This document shows, in pieces, positions 63,537-64,000 of a stretch of DNA of 64,000 nucleotides. Numbering within the stretch: the stretch's first letter is position 1; the number at the start of each line of letters is the position of its first letter. The notes beneath the pieces are model-generated. The model ran no database searches. It was not told where the DNA came from and was given only the letters and a program-made list of their open reading frames with translations. Source of the DNA: Kiritimatiellia bacterium (GTDB lineage: Bacteria > Verrucomicrobiota > Kiritimatiellia > RFP12 > UBA1067); contig JAFXEU010000044.1 in assembly GCA_017520845.1 (NCBI GenBank), positions 12,350-76,349 of the forward strand, written 5' to 3'. Both the position numbers and the translations under genes were made by a program.

Positions 63537-63872
63537 TCAGTTCTTCGCGGAAGCGGCGCGCTGTTTTCTTACAGCGCCCTTGCGTGCCTTGACGCGCATT
63601 CTCAAGAGCTGACGCTCGGCGCGTGCCGCGGCCGCGTCGATGACGCTCTTGGCGCTCTCGGAAAATTCCTTGGCGCCGACGGCCGTCTCCCCGAGACGGT
63701 TGGCGACGACTTCGGCCATGTACATACGCTTCTTGACGTCGATGTCAATAACGATATTGATGGACGTTACCTTGGGAAATTTCGCGGCGAGCTTATCCAT
63801 GCGCAGCTGCGCATACTCCTTAAGAGCCTCAAGTCTCACATCGCTGTGCCTCATTGTGATTTCTATGCTCAT
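63537..63872 (-). CDS. hpf: Ribosome hibernation promoting factor (short HPF/RaiA family)
   Basis: 111 aa with a typical sigma54-modulation-protein fold sequence and a basic tail. Positioned between lptB and hprK. Confidence 0.85.
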   Translation of the reverse strand: MSIEITMRHSDVRLEALKEYAQLRMDKLAAKFPKVTSINIVIDIDVKKRMYMAEVVANRLGETAVGAKEFSESAKSVIDAAAARAERQLLRMRVKARKGAVRKQRAASAKN

Positions 63873-63905
63873 TGTCTTGCTCCTTTCTTTTGGTTCTTTT
63901 TTCTT

Positions 63906-64000
63906 TTACATTCTGAAATCCTCGCCGAGATAACGCGAACGGACATCCTCGTCGCGGATAAGTTCCTCGGTCGTGCCCTCTTTCAAAAGACGGCCGTTGT
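63906..64000 (-). CDS. lptB: LPS export ABC transporter ATP-binding protein LptB (3' end only; not in ORF track)
   Basis: Hand translation of the minus strand gives ...NGRLLKEGTTEELIRDEDVRSRYLGEDFRM*, matching the conserved LptB C-terminus (YLGEDFRL). Confidence 0.75.
   Translation of the reverse strand, partial: NGRLLKEGTTEELIRDEDVRSRYLGEDFRM

Overview
This 64 kb window is almost wholly coding (about 60 CDS, roughly 90% on the minus strand), with no rRNA, tRNA, CRISPR array or recognisable IS or prophage. It looks like chromosomal backbone of a diderm, glycan-degrading bacterium. The gene content (LptB, TonB-ExbBD, DUF1080, HprK/HPr/EI, sialic-acid catabolism, large TPR membrane proteins) suggests a PVC-group organism such as Lentisphaerota, Kiritimatiellota or Verrucomicrobiota, but that is inference only. 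Housekeeping genes are fusA, rpsB-tsf, ispH, mazG, ribH, folC, parB, metY, rnhC, galM, two phosphofructokinase paralogues, and an lptB-hpf-hprK-ptsH-ptsI cluster. Accessory content has three parts. First, a sialoglycan set: a GH42-like giant hydrolase, a two-domain sialate O-acetylesterase, N-acylglucosamine 2-epimerase and nanA. Second, a low-GC glycan-biosynthesis island (about 36.2-44.0 kb) with a flippase, a methyltransferase and five glycosyltransferase-like genes. A HUH/Y1 transposase-like fusion protein sits inside that operon. Third, several tightly coupled modules of unknown function: DegT/AlkP-family/RGG-tail/U32-like, and UbiA/WP-repeat/TPR membrane protein. Two edge-truncated genes are missing from the ORF track: a transglutaminase-like protein at 1-1808 and the lptB 3' end at 63906-64000. 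The most unusual non-coding signal is a family of in-register heptamer arrays, (TAGTNNY)n on the coding strand. They begin exactly at the stop codons of nanA and the GH42-like gene. The nanA copy is a 133-nt, 19-unit inverted array that pairs far better as minus-strand RNA through G.U wobbles. A recurrent extended -10 promoter motif (TTTTGGTATAAT) marks the few operon starts, and the copy upstream of fusA implies a near-leaderless mRNA. All functional calls come from motif recognition by eye; no database search was run.
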